This document shows positions 53,350-63,722 of a stretch of 64,000 nucleotides of DNA, piece after piece. Location: NCBI GenBank assembly GCA_965116875.1, contig OZ220733.1:4512001-4576000 (forward strand). Reading direction: 5' to 3'. Each line of letters begins with the position of its first letter. The stretch's first letter is position 1. Origin of the DNA: Candidatus Latescibacterota bacterium. Its GTDB lineage: Bacteria > Latescibacterota > UBA2968 > GCA-2709665. The notes under the pieces are model-generated. The model saw only the letters and a program-made list of their open reading frames with translations, was not told where the DNA came from and did not search any database. Position numbers and translations under genes: made by a program.

Positions 53350-56205
53350 TTACAGGTAATGCGAAAGGCGCGCGTACAGGTATCTGCCCATGAAATCGTA
53401 GGAGCTGGCGTCCGATGTGCCGAGAAAGCCGTTGAAGATCACCGCCGGCAGCTGATTGAAGACGTTGTTGATTCCAACGGTCAACACGGACGCCCCCGCG
53501 CGAGTACCCAGCCTGTAAGATCCATACAGGCCGATCGTGCTGTTCGAGCTGACCTTGCGGCTCACGGGCGTTACCGATACGTCGTCGCGGTACAGGCCCT
53601 TGCAATCGTCGTCTTCGCATTCCAGGAAACCGCCGACGTACTTCAGGTTCAGACCGAAAGAGATTCGCGGTTGACTCAGCCCCGCCGTAAGCGAATGCCG
53701 CCATCTCGGAAAGACGCCCAGATCGTAGTAACCCCTTCCCTTCACCAGTTCCAGGCCGCCCGGGGCCGGCACAAGTTGCTCATAATTGAACAGCAGATTG
53801 CTTTCCGTGCGGGTCGTCAGAAATCCCAGCGGCGTGTCGATCTTGTAGTCCAGTTCGATGTCCAGTCCGCTGGTCTCGGTTTCACCCACGTTGGCGCCCT
53901 GCGAAAAGATGGTCGTAATCAGCTTCGTGTTCGGGTCCCGTACGATCTGATCGCAGAAGGACGGGGTTTCCTGTGAATAGCAGTTGCTCAGAATGAGACC
54001 CGCCGGCAACGCCCCGATCACGTCCTCTATTTTATTGGTGTAGTAGCTGATGGCAATATCCAGGTTTTCGGCGTATTCAGGCTGGTAAACCAGACCGGCC
54101 GTAATCATGGCGGCGGTTTCCGGATCCAGGTCGGTAGAGCCGCCGACCTTGGCGCGCAGTTGTGCGCGGGAGTCCTCGAAGTCGGCCGGGACGCCGGCGG
54201 CCGCACAGTTCCTCCGTTGTTCGGCCGTCAGTGTCCGGGTACTGCCCGCTTCGTCGACAACGCTGCAGGGATCGCTTACGAGCGGGAAGGCGTCGCTCTG
54301 GCCGAGGAACATCTCGGAGATGCCCGGGGCGCGGAAGGCGTTGGATATTGTGGCCCGGAGGGTCAACCCGCGGGGAAGCTCGCAGCGGGCGCCCGCCTCG
54401 TACGTGAAGCCGCTCCCGAAGGTGTCGTAATCGAATGCCCTGCCGGCTGCCGTCAGGTCCAGCCCCACGGCGTCTGCTCTGAGAACCGGCGCGGAGGCCT
54501 CGCCATAGAGCGCCCTCACGGAATACGCGCCTTCGGTCGCTTCCTGCTTGCTGCCGGTCGTATTTCCCGATCTCGTTACCGGATCGGGAAGATAGGCGCC
54601 TGCCTCCCAGCGGGAAGACACGCCCGCTGCCACGCCCAGAGGCCCGGCCGGCAGTTCGGCGAGCTGTCCGGTCACGTTCAATTGAAGGATCTTCTGCTTG
54701 GAATGGCCCGTGGCGATACCCGTATACTGGATATAGTCCAGCATGTCCCGGGTGATGGTGCCGGCGCCGTGCAGCAGATCCAGCGGCACGCAGTCGCCGA
54801 TGGCGGCGCATTCCTCGGCCGGCCCCAGGGCGTGCGCGAGATGGCTTCGGACAAATCGACCTTCGTTGATATTCGTACCCTCACTGCGTCCGTACGTGAA
54901 CGATAGATCCGTGTCGAAGCCCGATATCGGATACTCCAGGCCCAGCACGATTCGATACGTGTTGATGTCCTGAAGAAAATTGCGGTTACCCGCTTCCACA
55001 AACCGGCGCCGGACGTCGTAAAACTCACGGCCGAATTCGTTGTATCTATTCGTTGACGATACGGAGAGTCCCTCACTGATGATGAAAAGGGGGGTCGGGG
55101 CGAGCTTTTGATCGGACTGCCGGTTGGTGTATGAGACCTCGAAGAAGCCATTCGCCCCGGGCGCGAACGCATACGATCCGCTGAGAAAGGTCGAATACCG
55201 GGTCTGCGGCGTGTAGAGGTAATTCTCCGGCTGGTAATTGTACAGGTCGCCGCTGCCGTCGGACGAATTGCCCGCCCAGTTGAACGGACGCCAGCCGGCG
55301 TTGGGGTCGCGGTGGTAGTCGCCGGCGTTTTCGCCGGCCGCCGAAACCACGGCCTGCCACACCTCGTTGCCTGGGTCCTCCGTCCGGTCGATGATGTGCC
55401 CCTCCGGGGTGGCCGAGCTGCCGCTGGTGGCGTAGGTGCCGTCGTTCTTTTCCCAGTCGTACGTCTTGTCTTCCGCACTGAAGGACCGGTCGCCGGTCCA
55501 TACGGGTTCCTGGCTGTGGTAGCCTGCGGAAAACAGGACGCTGCCTTTCTCGCTTTTCAGACCGGCGGTCACGCTGATATCCAGCGTCTCGCCGTCGCCC
55601 GCGCCCGCGACACCCCGATAGATTTCGAACTCGAGTCCCTCGGTCTCTGCCCTCGTGATGACATTGACAACGCCCCCCACCGCGTCGGAGCCGTACACGG
55701 CCGACGCGCCGTCCTTGAGCACTTCCACGCGCTCAACGGCGGAAGCGGGAATGGCGTTGAGATCGACAGACGAATTGGCGCCCGTGCCTCCGGGCACGAA
55801 GCGGCGTCCGTTGAGCAGGACCAGCGTCCGATGAGCGCCCAGCCCCCGGAGGCTGATACGGGTAGAGCCGTCTCCGCCGTTGTTGGCCTGGGTGTTGATG
55901 GCATTGGATTGAACTGTCAGGGTCTGCAGGACGTCTCCTATGGACGCCAGGCCGCGCACCTTGATTTCATCCCTCGACATGACAATCACCGGTGCGGGGG
56001 TTAGCAGATCCTCGCTCTTGATTCGCGAACCCGTGACGGTAATGGCATCCATTTCATAGACGATCAGCTCTTCTTCCACAGTGTCTTCCGCTTCGCTGGC
56101 GTCCTCGCCACCGTCCACGTCTTCGGCGGTCGCTGGAAATGCCCAGGCCCCGCCTATTAGAAGGATCGCCAGCACGAAACGCGGGAAATTGAGCCGGATC
56201 TGCAT
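53350..56205 (-). CDS. TonB-dependent receptor
   Basis: Signal peptide, ITVTGSRI, plug LRGLG..RTLVLLNGRR, RVEVLKDGASAVYGSDAVGGVVNVIT, C-terminal GR.LYARL. Confidence 0.93.
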   Translation of the reverse strand: MQIRLNFPRFVLAILLIGGAWAFPATAEDVDGGEDASEAEDTVEEELIVYEMDAITVTGSRIKSEDLLTPAPVIVMSRDEIKVRGLASIGDVLQTLTVQSNAINTQANNGGDGSTRISLRGLGAHRTLVLLNGRRFVPGGTGANSSVDLNAIPASAVERVEVLKDGASAVYGSDAVGGVVNVITRAETEGLEFEIYRGVAGAGDGETLDISVTAGLKSEKGSVLFSAGYHSQEPVWTGDRSFSAEDKTYDWEKNDGTYATSGSSATPEGHIIDRTEDPGNEVWQAVVSAAGENAGDYHRDPNAGWRPFNWAGNSSDGSGDLYNYQPENYLYTPQTRYSTFLSGSYAFAPGANGFFEVSYTNRQSDQKLAPTPLFIISEGLSVSSTNRYNEFGREFYDVRRRFVEAGNRNFLQDINTYRIVLGLEYPISGFDTDLSFTYGRSEGTNINEGRFVRSHLAHALGPAEECAAIGDCVPLDLLHGAGTITRDMLDYIQYTGIATGHSKQKILQLNVTGQLAELPAGPLGVAAGVSSRWEAGAYLPDPVTRSGNTTGSKQEATEGAYSVRALYGEASAPVLRADAVGLDLTAAGRAFDYDTFGSGFTYEAGARCELPRGLTLRATISNAFRAPGISEMFLGQSDAFPLVSDPCSVVDEAGSTRTLTAEQRRNCAAAGVPADFEDSRAQLRAKVGGSTDLDPETAAMITAGLVYQPEYAENLDIAISYYTNKIEDVIGALPAGLILSNCYSQETPSFCDQIVRDPNTKLITTIFSQGANVGETETSGLDIELDYKIDTPLGFLTTRTESNLLFNYEQLVPAPGGLELVKGRGYYDLGVFPRWRHSLTAGLSQPRISFGLNLKYVGGFLECEDDDCKGLYRDDVSVTPVSRKVSSNSTIGLYGSYRLGTRAGASVLTVGINNVFNQLPAVIFNGFLGTSDASSYDFMGRYLYARLSHYL

Positions 56206-56810
56206 AACGGGATTCTCCTGTTTCAATCAGGGCGGATTGAATAAACGGATCGTGTTGCCTTCTCTTCATCCTGTGTCGACGATAATCGGACGGCCATTCT
56301 CGCTTTCGGAGATGTTGCGGGGGAGTTCAGGTTTTTTCGCGTTACAGAATGGGGGAGGTCGGCAGGGTCTCGCTTCAACGACACCGGCTGCCGGGACTTT
56401 GGGTGGTTGTCGCATTGCCGGTTTCTAATAAATATAATGGCGAAGGAAAAAGCGGCAAGGTGTGAGTACGGTATTATATCGTGCTTGACGATCGACCGGC
56501 ATGTCATTCAGAACGGAACGAAAAATCTCCTGCCTCCGCGATTGACCGGTAAGCTGTACATGCCCTTGAAGACGAAGATGTGCGTCGACCTATTGCCAAC
56601 GTTTCGCAACGCACAATGGCTTGTCGATTCATTGAGGGAGCGTGATTAAAAGTCCGGGCAAGCCGGAAACCGAAGACAACGAGCCCCGACACACGCGACA
56701 CATCGTCGGCAACATCAGGCACGCGATGGCCGGTCCGCTGGTACCGAACAAAAAAACACCGCAGGAGACGATCCTGAGGTGTATTTGCCAAATGCTCACC
56801 CTTTGTTGTT

Positions 56811-57302
56811 CTATTGGTCGCCTTCACCTGCAAGCGCCAGAACCTCCTGTCGTATCAAATCTGAAATCCACATACCCGAATCTCTGAGCCGGTCCACAAG
56901 CGGCTCAACGCGTTCTGTCAGCCCTTGAGATTTCGCTTCAAGCAGGACTTTTAAAGTTCCCCAGACGGTAAGGCCGGCGTCTAGAGCAATACGCCGCGCT
57001 AACCGTTCGTCGACAAGAACCACCCTGTCCGGATTTTCCAGTCCAAGAGACAGCGCCGCAAGCTCACCCGCTCCGAGTTCCAGCGACCGCCATTCCGAAG
57101 GTATGGAATGAGGCTCAACGACTCTCAACCAGTTATGGGCACCGGGGTCAGGAACATCATACCCTTTTTGCCGGCCATTGTGAAGTTCATTTACAACCGC
57201 GTATGGAACCCAGACCTCGCCGAACAGGCATGACAGCCTTTCCAGTGCGTCAATTTGGTACAGAAACAGCAGGGGAGACGGTTTGCTGATTGCTTCAGGT
57301 AT
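56811..57302 (-). pseudogene. DUF3368-type PIN-domain toxin, apparently degenerate
   Basis: Frame is open from ATA at 57302 (ISKPSPL..VWVPYAVVNEL..LGAGELAAL..LVDERLAR..GTL). No ATG at the expected start. Confidence 0.65.
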
Positions 57303-57546
57303 GCTGGCTCTCCAGGTCGTTTAGTTCAGCCGCCAAAGGGAAGACCTTATACCGTTCGAGGCCCAGCAGGAATTCGACCCGTGACATGCATGCAAGTTCG
57401 GCCGCCCGTCCGGACGACAGGCGACCCAGTTCATACAGCTTTACTGCCGCTAGCGTGCGCAGTTCACGGCCGAAATTCGACTCGTCGGCGTTAATTGCCC
57501 GCAACACGTTCTCCGGCACTTCGATAACAACCTGTCGCGTTGACAT
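57295..57546 (-). CDS. UPF0175-family antitoxin
   Basis: AVKLYELGRLSSGRAAELACMSRVEF. Confidence 0.85.
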   Translation of the reverse strand: MSTRQVVIEVPENVLRAINADESNFGRELRTLAAVKLYELGRLSSGRAAELACMSRVEFLLGLERYKVFPLAAELNDLESQHT

Positions 57547-57971
57547 CGCTCGCTCCAACCTGGCTTGAAACAACCGGGAAATGAAAGAATGCACTTCCAC
57601 CCGGGAGAAAATACCATCGACTTCTTTCAAGATAAAAAATTTCGACAGATCAGGCAACGGGTATCGGGCCTGGAGAGCCCTTGATATGGCAGCCGGCGTG
57701 GGCGCCCTGCCTGTGTCGACGGTTGACCGCCTTCCCCGGCAATACCTCCACAGCCGAACATTCTCCCGTCAGTGGGATTTGACCTTTAACGCAAGTCCGT
57801 GGACGACGAACGTGGAGGCGGACCTGCCTTCAGCAGCCCGCTGAAGTGTACGAGCGAGAGCGTTCGCTGGCGAGGTTCTCCCGGGGTGGAGGTCATCCCT
57901 GCCCTCGCAGCGCCGGCGTTGAAATCGATCATTTCCATGATGCAATTGACTCTCCGCCCTGATCCCGTATC

Positions 57972-58937
57972 TTGTTTACACAGATCCGATCCTCCTCCCC
58001 CGGGGCGTCCGGCGCGGCAGATTTCGATGCGATATCCAAGCACGTGATTCAAACCTATCCCGACGATTTTGCCTGTCTTACCCTCGGGCGGGAGGACGTG
58101 GACGTCCTCGAAGTCGTTGACACGCAGCAGCCCGCGGTCTCGGCAAGCGACAGTCTCACTCGCGTCCGCATCGATGGCCGGGAAGCGCTTGTCCACACGG
58201 AATTTCAAACGACGGACAGTACGGACCCGCCCATGCCGCAGCGTATGGTCGGCTATATCGGGCGGGCTGTCGAGCGCCATGGCTTGCCCGTCTATTCCAG
58301 CGTCATCTATCTGCGTCCCCATGCCGGGCGGCGGGATCCCGGTCAATATTCACAATCGCATCCGGTTCATCGAGTACTTGTGCGGTAAAGGGTGATCCGG
58401 TTGAGCGAGGTGGATGGCCAGGAGGTTCTCGATTCTGGACACGAGGGACTGATCGCCTATGCGCCGTTGATGAAGCCGCCCGAAGGGATGGCATCTCGCG
58501 CGTGGTTGCACCGATGTATGCACACCGCACACGTGCGGCCGATGGCCCAGTCGGAGGTGGCCGAATACCTCGCGGGTATGGCGTTGCTGAGCGGTCTGGC
58601 GTACGTGTCTGAAACCATTACTGGTTTCATTTCGAAGGAGGGCATGATGGATCTCTTACGTGAATCATCCTTTGCCCAATACCTCACCCGGCAGGGCATC
58701 GAGCAAGGAATTGAACAAGGGATTGAGCAGGGGATTGAGCGAGGCATCGAGCAGGGGCTCCGGAGAAGTATCCTCGCCGTACTGGACGTCCGATTCGACC
58801 TCCCTGCCTCGCATCCTCTGGCTGTCCGTATCGAGAACGCCGACGACGTTCAGCGTCTCGAAAAGTTGCACCGCGGCGCGGTTCAGGCGGTCAGCCTCGA
58901 CGCGTTCGGTCAACTGTTGGATGAAGAAGAGGGATGA
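57972..58937 (+). pseudogene. Rpn-family (PD-(D/E)xK) protein interrupted by an in-frame TAA
   Basis: D.ISK..I..YP.DF, SDSL..LVHTEFQT..MP.RM..Y, VIYL. TAA at 58386-58388, same frame continues; GIEQ repeats near the C-terminus. Confidence 0.8.
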
Positions 58938-59051
58938 AATCGATTCCGTAAATGCCATTCACTGAAAACGACAGACGGGACGGTGCACTTTACAGGTGCA
59001 TTGTCCCTCTGTGGTTTTGTTGCGGGGATCTTATGGGAGACCCGAATCAGT

Positions 59052-59079
59052 GTAGGGGCGACCGGCCGGTCGCCCCTAC
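59052..59079. repeat. GTAG-type REP palindrome
   Basis: Perfect 28-bp palindrome GTAGGGGCGACCGGCCGGTCGCCCCTAC. Confidence 0.75.
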
Positions 59080-59275
59080 TGGCGGTGGTTGCTTGGTGGT
59101 GTCTGCAGGGTGGGGCAGACATTCCCGTCTGCCTGTCTCATTGTTCTTCTGAAGGAATTCAGACTCAAGTCAGGCTTTAGTCGCTCCTGAATTCTTGGCT
59201 TTGTTGACATATGTGGTTGTAGACGGGATTATCACTAAAAGGGCGATAGTTCGGCATGGTCTCTTGTAAACGCCT

Positions 59276-60369
59276 TTATCTCCTTCCGTATTTCGACCAA
59301 TGAAAGCCTTCGACGTTGCTTAGCTTCTGCTGACAATTCACCGAGTCAACACGGCGGGACTCCAGCCTCGCGCCTACACGATATGTTACGGATTCACAGG
59401 CAGTACGACGCCCATACAGCCATTCGCCTACCCTCAATCCTTGTGAATATTCGCCTGTATTTCCTTGAAATCTACGCGTTCGAGAATCTCCGTAAAACTG
59501 CCGATTCCGAGTAGTCCATTTCCCGTGCTTCTTGCCGTATTCATACCGACCCTTGAGAACCAGGAAATCATCGGACCAGACAGCGTTTGGACGACGAAGC
59601 TGCATGTTTTCGTACCAGCGAATATCCCATTCGCCATGAGGTCGGTCTTTTATGAACCGCCCCCGGTGGCCCAGCGAATCCGCGTAACTGTACGAATCTA
59701 TTGGTGGACTCCAAACTGCCGTGAGCGTACCCTTCCCATCTGCCCGGCCGTCCGGGCACTTGCCCGTCCACTGCATGTTGTGATGAACGAACATGTAGCT
59801 ATCGACCCATATTTGGCAACCCGGAGGGTTGATCAATGCCCGCCAACAATAGGAAGCTTCAGAAACACTCTTCCCAGACCTCCCATCACAAGGGTAGTGT
59901 AAAGAAAGGGACCTCTCAAGTGAATATCCGACGTGCACTTTTTCGCAGCGGTTAAGTCAAAGTCGGCAAGTACCTGTTCGGCCCTGATCAACAGCGCCAG
60001 CGCTTCGTCATAGTATTCGCCCCGGCGACCCGCTGCCAAATACTCGCTCACCGCGTCCATTGCAGTGTGCACCCTGCCCGCCGCGTAGGCAATCTTCGCG
60101 TACTTGAAATGGAAGTCCTCACGCAGGGTGATATTGTGCTCCTTTTCCATAACCTTGATTGAGTCCATGAGGCTAAGCGCAACGCCATGGTCATTTTTCT
60201 CAACCAGCTGTTCCACTTGCATGAGATATTTATCCGCAAGGACCTCGGGCGGAAGTTGCGCAAATGCGACGTTGAACAGCCCGCAGACAATTGCGATGGG
60301 GACTATATACAAAAGTGGAAAAGAAAATTTGAAAAAACTGGAAAAAGTCTGATTTCCCTTTACTGCCAT
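59276..60369 (-). pseudogene. Secreted protein gene split by a frameshift (helical N-domain plus Cys/MORN-like C-domain)
   Basis: ORF 59833..60369 (signal peptide, AQLPPEVLADKYL) overlaps ORF 59276..59938 (CW..PGC..WTGKC.DGRADGKGTL, GKKHGKW) in the -1 frame. Confidence 0.6.
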
Positions 60370-60432
60370 TTTGTCAGTAAACCTTTTTTGTTGATTTTTT
60401 AGGGCCTACCCGGACAACTGCCAAGCTGGCAG

Positions 60433-60461
60433 TTGACAAACCCGATTTTCATCATTATAAT
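60433..60461 (+). promoter_or_regulatory. Perfect consensus sigma70 promoter upstream of the IS1595 transposase
   Basis: TTGACA-17 nt-TATAAT. Confidence 0.8.
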
Positions 60462-60633
60462 GGAACCGCCTCAGTAGCAGACGCTGCTAAGGCGGTCCAT
60501 CACCGGACAACCCCGGGAGGTGACCCTCTCGGGGTAAACAAAATAAGGTGGGCAGGCTCGAAATACAAGATTTTTTCTTTGTATTGTCCCGCTCCTGCTT
60601 ATTACCTTATTAGTTACAAGGAGGCGTTACACA

Positions 60634-61551
60634 ATGCCTAACGAAGTTTCGTTGTTTCAGTTGCAGGAGATGTTTCCAACGGAAGAGGCGGCCGAGGCTT
60701 GGTTTGAAAAGTTCCTTTGGCCCAGCGGGGTCTTCTGTCGGAGCTGTGCTAGCGAAGATGTACGGGTACGGAAAGACAGTTCGCCGAAGTATTACCGTTG
60801 TAATACCTGCAACAAGAAATTCACGATTCGTCCACATACGTTGCTGCATAGTTCCAAACTCCCCTTGCGCAAGTGGATTTGGGCGATTTATTTTCTTTGT
60901 CAGCCCAAAGGGATTTCTTCGATCCAGTTAGGAAAGGCGCTCGGTATTACACAAAAAAGTGCCTGGTATCTAGCGCATCGAATCCGAGAGGCTTGTAACG
61001 AGGATAAGGGAAAGTTTGACGGAACGTGTGAAGCCGATGAAACCTACGTCGGTGGCCTGAAAAAGAACATGCATTATGCCCGCAAGCTGAAGGTCGGCGA
61101 GGGTTCGGGCACACATGGTAAGTTTCCCGTCTTAGGTATCCGGGAACGGGAGTCAAAACAAGTGAAGGCACTGGTTCCGTATGGCGTGACACAGGAAGCT
61201 ATTGAAAGTCAGTTACGATACTGGATTCACTTTTCTTCACGCCTTTATACTGATGACAACAATGTTTACAATAATATGATCGCCTACTTTGATCACGAAA
61301 CCGTTGTTCATTCTAAATGGGAGTGGACAAAAGGCGAAATACATACAAACGGCATTGAATCCTTCTGGTCGCTGATCAAACGCGCCTATAAGGGAACCTA
61401 CCACTATATGAGCCTGAAACATCTTAATCGGTATGTACAGGAATTTGTATTACGAAACAACTATCGGGACGCCGGAACGTATGGCCTGATGCAAGTAATC
61501 GCCCACAACCTACAATGGAGGCAGATGCGTTACAAGGAGTTAACCAAATGA
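60634..61551 (+). mobile_element. IS1595-family transposase (element ends not resolved)
   Basis: Zn ribbon CRSC..C.TC, KGISS.QL..LGITQKSAWY..HRIR, EADETY, YTD, HTN.IES.WS..KR, KHL.RY..EF. Confidence 0.9.
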
Positions 61552-61682
61552 ACGGAAAAGACAAACCGATAAAGATAAACAAAACGCCGGAGGAGGTCGC
61601 TCGCATTGTACTGCGAGTGGACAAGCCTCCGGCGAAAGAAGATAAGGCCGAGCAACAGATTCAAGAACCTGAAGAAGAATAA
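61548..61682 (+). CDS. Small ORF coupled to the IS1595 transposase
   Basis: ATGA overlap and RBS AAGGAG; MNGKDKPIKINKTPEEVARIVLRVDKPPAKEDKAEQQIQEPEEE. Confidence 0.55.
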   Translation: MNGKDKPIKINKTPEEVARIVLRVDKPPAKEDKAEQQIQEPEEE

Positions 61683-62045
61683 CTGTTGCGTTGTCAAGCC
61701 CGATTCTTTATCTTCGCCTTGCAAGCATCACGGAGGAACCCTGTTGGACGGGTTTCTCGCTGAATACAATAGCCCCTGAGATAGGCGAATAAGCGAGGCT
61801 CACCCTCCTGTGATGCTTGCAAGGCCCGTCACCAATTAACGTAGTGACCGCTCTGCAAGGGCGACAGGAGGAACTGTGAACTGGCTCAGTTGGCAAGGGG
61901 GGCAGTACCGGACGGTCTGCAACTGGCGAATAACAAAAAGTAATATCGGACGTAAAGTCCTCTTATTAAGTTAGGCGTAAACCCTAATTCAATAGGAGGA
62001 TTTTTTATGTCATCGCCTTGCAAGGGCGACAGGAGGGAAAGGGGT

Positions 62046-63128
62046 ATGCTCAAAGCAGCCATTGTGGTACTGTGTTTGTTTCAAGGATCATTGCTTTTCG
62101 CTGATGGACATAAACGCATTCCGGGGGACGTGAATGGGGACGGAGTTGTCAATTTTACTGACTTTACCATTCTTTCTCAAAACTTCGGTTTAACGGGTGC
62201 CTCGTATGATCCAAATAATCCGGATACAATACATATTAAAACGACAGTCCGGGATACCGTAGTTCAAACTATAAGCATTAAAGACACCCTATATATCTGG
62301 TCGAATGTTAAAACTGATGCTGGATATATTCACCCTGCCGATCACGTTGCTGGAATAGGAATTCTTATTGACTATGAATCTAACTGGATTCATGATCCCA
62401 GTGAAATCGCCTGGATATGCGCCTTAGTCAGGGATTTTATCAACGAAAATTTGTACTCACCACTTGAATCAAGAATTACCCTTGTGTACCATCCTAGACA
62501 AACCGGACTAAGATTTGAACGAGGTAATGGCGGAAATCATCGAATTTTAATGAATCTTACCGGAAATCATGCACAGACAATCCATTATTTCGCTCACGAA
62601 TACGCCCATGTGCTTGGGCAGCACTGGACAACAAGAACCGGGTCACATACCTGGATAGAAGAGTCTATGGCTTCTGCAATGGCTGTGTGGACACTCTATT
62701 CACTTTACAATAGGTTATACGACGATTTAGAATATCGGGAGAAATGGGTAATCAGAGGTACTGACTTTGGTCGATTACTGATTAAACAAATTCCGGTTTA
62801 TTTTGAAGAAACCTTTCCAGATCGAGCGCAAAAATTCACTAACGAAGAATTTGCTGCCGGACTACGCAGATCTCTACATAAACTAGAAAATGAACCGTAT
62901 GGGGATTTTGCGAGAACATACAAATTCACCGCCGCTTATCAAATTTTACACATATTTTTCAATGAACCAAAGGCTTGGAACATCATTCGTTACATGTCTC
63001 CATACGGTCCAGTTTCTTGGGAAGCTGATCAGTCGTTTGAAGACTATATGAAAGGATGGAAACTCAGAGTTCCGACAATTTGGCACTTGCACATTAAAAC
63101 TGTGTATGACATTTTTGGAGTCGAGTAA
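62046..63128 (+). CDS. Secreted dockerin/EF-hand protein with gluzincin-like metallopeptidase motif
   Basis: Signal peptide MLKAAIV..FA, GDVNGDGVVNFTDF..NFG, HEYAH..WIEES. Confidence 0.75.
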   Translation: MLKAAIVVLCLFQGSLLFADGHKRIPGDVNGDGVVNFTDFTILSQNFGLTGASYDPNNPDTIHIKTTVRDTVVQTISIKDTLYIWSNVKTDAGYIHPADHVAGIGILIDYESNWIHDPSEIAWICALVRDFINENLYSPLESRITLVYHPRQTGLRFERGNGGNHRILMNLTGNHAQTIHYFAHEYAHVLGQHWTTRTGSHTWIEESMASAMAVWTLYSLYNRLYDDLEYREKWVIRGTDFGRLLIKQIPVYFEETFPDRAQKFTNEEFAAGLRRSLHKLENEPYGDFARTYKFTAAYQILHIFFNEPKAWNIIRYMSPYGPVSWEADQSFEDYMKGWKLRVPTIWHLHIKTVYDIFGVE

Positions 63129-63133
63129 CAAAA

Positions 63134-63170
63134 ATAAGATCCAAAGGCTTGGAAAACCTTTGGATCTTAT
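63134..63170. terminator. Hairpin terminator
   Basis: 14-bp inverted repeat ATAAGATCCAAAGG / CCTTTGGATCTTAT just after the stop. Confidence 0.7.
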
Positions 63171-63459
63171 CCGAGGTGCGGTTTAAATACTGACCAAATA
63201 TGGCGTCGAGACAATTTCGGCGTCGCGTCGGTATTTTTGGTCTCAGGAATAGGGGCAACTATTCCAAAAGACGAGTCGTATAGGTAGGTTGCCCAAGATA
63301 CGGCTCCCGCACCTTTAATAACGTAAAATCTGCATAGCTAGCGAAAGATTTTTCTTAAAACTCCGCCCAGGGCTTTCCGCAAGTAAGCCCTGGGCACAAG
63401 AATGAACAGGAGGGGAGTAACCGGGCGTGGTTTTATACGTCCACATAAGGAGACTAACA

Positions 63460-63699
63460 ATGAATGAGCAAGATTTTCAAAAAGAAATCAACAACCTTCA
63501 GGGTCAAATCTACAATCTCCGGGGGCAGGTGAAAACTCTTATTGGGATTGTGCGCATATTATCAGCAGCAGAAAGAGCAGATCCCGCACAATCCCTAATT
63601 CATAAATATATCGCCGATGTGTTGAGTCATTTACCTGAAGAGAAAAGTGATTTTGAGCGTGGTCAGCAATATATGTGTAATGAGTTTATGCAGCCCTAG
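63460..63699 (+). CDS. Small hypothetical protein
   Basis: RBS TAAGGAG then ATG 63460; coiled-coil-like N-terminus. Confidence 0.6.
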   Translation: MNEQDFQKEINNLQGQIYNLRGQVKTLIGIVRILSAAERADPAQSLIHKYIADVLSHLPEEKSDFERGQQYMCNEFMQP

Positions 63700-63722
63700 A
63701 AATTCTCAACGGGAGAATAGAA

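Noticed and set aside
58690-58760. 12-bp tandem repeats as a CRISPR-like array
   Set aside because: They are coding GIEQ repeats typical of Rpn-family C-termini, with no spacers. No CRISPR array or cas gene was seen anywhere in the window.
61920-61965. c-di-GMP-I riboswitch-like GGACGTAAAG
   Set aside because: The P2 stem with GNRA loop and the P3 pairing are not convincingly present.
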